Of a DNA stretch of 64,000 nt, positions 60,691 to 64,000 are shown one piece after another; positions within the stretch are counted from its first letter, which is position 1, and each line of letters opens with the position of its first letter. The notes beneath the pieces are model-generated. The model did not search any database, was not told the DNA's origin, and worked only from the letters and a program-made list of their open reading frames with translations. Source of the DNA: an uncultured Nitrososphaerota archaeon (lineage in GTDB: Archaea; Thermoproteota; Nitrososphaeria; Nitrososphaerales; CADDZS01). The position numbers and the translations under genes are program-made. The DNA is taken from the NCBI GenBank assembly GCA_963799845.1, contig CAWCYI010000004.1, forward strand, positions 544,001-608,000. Reading direction: 5' to 3'.

Positions 60691-63394
60691 TCATCGCTTG
60701 TACTTTGGTGCGATTACGGCGATTATTTTCGTCCTGAGCTCTTCGCCGCCTGAGTGACTCTCCCTGATTGATCTGATGGAATCTGCCGAGCCGTTGTCGG
60801 AAAGGACGTCCATGAACCACTTTTCAAAATCACCATTTCGCAGGTGATTCTGCAGGATGTCGAGTGGGATTTGTTCCAAGTCCTGGACGAATTCTAGACC
60901 TGATCGCGCGCAAAAGCCGGTGTTCCTGAAGATAAAACCCATCGAATAGTCGACGACCTTCTGGGCGGGTGCGAATACTGTCGCGCCGGAATCTTCAGCG
61001 CTCTTGATGTCGGAAAGCTGTGACTGCATCTCTCTTATCTCCGGTTTTGCTTCTTCCACGATTGCGGGCGCCGCAACCGTTTCTATTGAAACCTGGACCA
61101 CTTCAGTCGCAGATGATTCCACAACTTGAACAGTTTCAGTTACAATTGTTGGAGCTACTTCGGCCACAATGGTTAGAGCTGATTCAGTCACGGCTGTAGG
61201 AGCTGTCTCAACTGCAACGGGTGCGATCGTTTCGGCTACAGACATCGGAGCAGTTTCAGTTACAATTGATGGTGACGTCTCGGTCACAACCGCGGTAGTT
61301 GGTTCAGTCACGACGGTCGGAACTGTTTCCACGACTGGCGTAACTGGTGATTCTGGCGACAGCGTCGATGGCGTCTCGACTGCGACATTTTCAACTAGGG
61401 GAACTGTCTCAGCTGGCGGAGTGACCTCAGCAGGGGCAACGACTTCCGCAGAAGTAGCAACCTCAACTGGAGGAGCACTGAGTTCTACCGGTGCCTCAAA
61501 TGATTGGACTACTGATGCTTCGACTGATGGTGACGACGACAGATCTACTTCTGGAGTTTCTACGACGGTCACAATTTCTGGAGCCTTCTCGATTGTCGGA
61601 GACGGCACGGCAGTGCCTTCAACCGAGGCAGCTTCGAGCGTCTGAGCTTGGCTGACAGTTTCAAATTGAACTTGGACCGTTTGTGGCTCGGGAACGGATG
61701 CTTCGACTGTAGCAGATTCTGGCACCGACTCTGTAAATGCTGGCGTTGTCTCCGCAACCGCTTCTGCAACTGGCGCCTGAACGGTTGGGGTCTCGACAGT
61801 TGGAGCTTGCGCAATGGTTTCCGCGACTGGTGCCTCTGGTGTTGGCGCTTCGTTCGAAACAGTTTCAACTGGAGAACTGGCGGCGTTCTCAACTGGAGCT
61901 GCTGCTGCAACCTGCTCCACAACGACTGCTTCGGGATGCGCTAATTCCACTTCAGCCTGAGGAAGGGTTTCCTGCGCAACGGTTGAAGCTTCGGTTACGA
62001 CCGAATCCAGAACCGGCGTTTCAGGTATTGCTGTGGGTACTGCCTCTACTGGAGCCTCGCTTGAAACTGCGATCGGGATTTCCGTCGCTGAAATTTCGGG
62101 GTTGGAATTATCTATCGGTGTGACAATCGACTGTACGATTGGTGAGGGTTCCGTCGTTGAGGCTTCAAGGGTCAACTGGATTTCTGATGACGCATCTGAA
62201 ATGGTGGGAGTACTTTCTGAGCTCGGCTGATCTTGAACCTGTTCTAGCTGGACAACTGATTGCTCAATTGCTATAGGCGCTTCCGTGTCGGCGACTTCTG
62301 GCAGTTCAGCATTGACAGTTGGGGCCAACTCGATCTGTGGTTCAACAACTGTTTGGACGGTCTCAATTTGAGGCTCAACAGCAGTCTGGGTAGTCTCAAC
62401 CTGAGCTGCAGTCTGGACGACTTCTAGTGCCTGTGGGGTCTCAACTGTTGCCACCTCAGCAACTTCGATCTTTGGAGCCTCTGTGATGAGTTCGGGAGTC
62501 ACAACTGGAAGCGAGTTCTCAGCGGCGATCTCTACCGCAGTAGCCTGGATCTCCTGAGCCTTCAGTGAGACGAGCGCCATCTGCGCGTTCAATTCATCAT
62601 AGAGTGCTTTCGGGACCGAATCAGACAGCCTGAATTCGAGTTCTTGTGCCTTGGACTCTGCGAGAGCTCAGCTCCTCGAGCGGCACGTAGCTCGAGAACT
62701 TTGCCTCAACTTCCTGGATCTTCGCTTCGCTCGCCAAGAACTGGTCGCGAGGAACTGAGTTGGCGAGGGCGTTCTGGATCTCCTCGAAGCTTTCCTTCGG
62801 GACATAATTTGAGAGTTGAGCTTGGAGAGATTCGTAGTCGGACTTTGGAACATAATTCGAAAACTGTGCTTGCAGTGTCTCGTATTCAGACTTTGGTACC
62901 ATCGTACCCAGCAGCTCTGTAAGCTCGGCAACCTTCTGCTGGATCGCCTCAAAATCACTCTTGGCTACGTACTGTGAAATCTTTTCCTCCAGCTCATGAG
63001 TCTTCGAGAGAGCTTCATTGTACATCGTCGCTGGGATGGTGTCCTGAGAGAGTTTTCCCACAAGAGATTCTATGGTCTTGTTCTGCGCATCAATAATCTG
63101 GCTCTGATTGGAAGCAGTCTGCGCCTGTGAATCAAGCATCTCTTTCTGGGCAGCGATCTGGGCGCCGAGGGCGTTGATCGTCTCCGTGATTCCCTTGGTC
63201 CTCTGGAGCTCGTCTCTAATTCTGTTGACCTCTCCATCCAGCTCATCGATGGTCGTCTGCATCTTTGCGACGACCTCTTCATGATCCTTTTTGGGGATCG
63301 ATTGCTGAAGCTGGGCTTCCATGGCTCTGCACGTAAGTACAAGTCTTCTAACTTCGCTCGTTATTTCTTCGGCTCTGCTCAAACTACCACTCAC
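60691..63394 (-). CDS. ~900-aa fibrous protein: VPK-punctuated coiled coil, acidic PEVTA-rich linker, C-terminal DUF5752-like domain; 1-nt frameshift near 62668
   Basis: ORFs 62621-63394 and 60691-62592 join via EEL/ALAESKAQELEFRLSDSVPK; C-terminal A.S..EF...L..IP...L..HL.NGDF.KW...VL. Confidence 0.75.
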
Positions 63395-63545
63395 ACACTC
63401 TCTTGTGTTGTAATGCGTGTGAGAGAAACTCCGTGCGTTATCTAATGGGCAAGGTCAACATATCTTAACCAAAAACTCTAGTAAATCGAAATTATCTGCG
63501 GTTTTGATGACATCGGTACAAATCGCCTAAATGGCAAGAAATGAT

Positions 63546-63749
63546 CTAGGCGGCGGCTGGTTCATCCGCGTACGAATCCGGTTCGATCAGGCTGTTGTTT
63601 GAACATCTTAGGCAGTCGTCGCATTCGCAGTCGTGGTCGCAGCAACCGCCAGGACAGGAATTCTCGCCGTACTCGTCTTCATCGGTCTCCTCTTCGTAGT
63701 CGGTCGGCCGGTCGAAGAACTTGAATCCGTAGGGGTTAGCCAGGCTCAT
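63546..63749 (-). CDS. Small acidic Cys-rich (metallothionein-like) protein
   Basis: CPGGCCDHDCECDDCLRC cluster, D/E-rich; ATG at 63749. Confidence 0.6.
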   Translation of the reverse strand: MSLANPYGFKFFDRPTDYEEETDEDEYGENSCPGGCCDHDCECDDCLRCSNNSLIEPDSYADEPAAA

Positions 63750-63901
63750 TCCCGAAGGATGAATCTCCTTTCCCGCTGCGATCATCAGAAAAAACTCGAA
63801 GGGCGACACTACTCGAAACTGGCTCTTTTAACTTATTTCCCTTTCCCGGTTACCGGAACTAAGATTTAGATGCATTTTCTGATCGGTAATTGGGGAGAGA
63901 T

Positions 63902-64000
63902 TTGGAGTCGTTTCTTGAGGGATCAGTCCTCGAAAGGCGTGGCGAGAAAATTCGCTTTGGATGTCTCAGCTGGACGTATCCTGACTGGCTCGGTGCATTT
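63902..64000 (+). CDS. DUF72 (YecE) family protein, N-terminus (runs off window)
   Basis: IRFGCLSWTYPDWLGAF matches the IG.SGW.Y.DW.G.F start. Confidence 0.75.
   Translation, partial: MESFLEGSVLERRGEKIRFGCLSWTYPDWLGAF

Overview
Chromosomal window of a moderately GC-rich archaeon, most likely a non-ammonia-oxidising, heterotrophic Nitrososphaerota lineage. This placement is inferred from gene content: F420-type oxidoreductases, a PolB2 cassette, S26B signal peptidase, Vgb/Asp-box secreted proteins, kdpABC and frequent TTG starts. Recognisable genes include ppdK, gdhA, kdpABC, an orphan CoxL/XDH-family Mo subunit, a 4-hydroxyphenylacetate catabolic cluster (hpaG/B/D/I plus hpaC), metal-handling genes, one IS481 and one IS630. 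There is also a four-gene PolB2 cassette whose polymerase carries a LAGLIDADG intein in motif B. Two linked observations stand out. (1) Four copies of an unannotated intergenic repeat contain AGCT sites phased about every 10 bp, and the AGCT-bounded internal modules are inverted between copies. (2) All six clear frameshifts in the window fall on AGCT (5) or GATC (1), which suggests these motifs are methylated and caused base-calling errors. Together they point to possible dispersed 'AGCT methylation islands', which remains a hypothesis.
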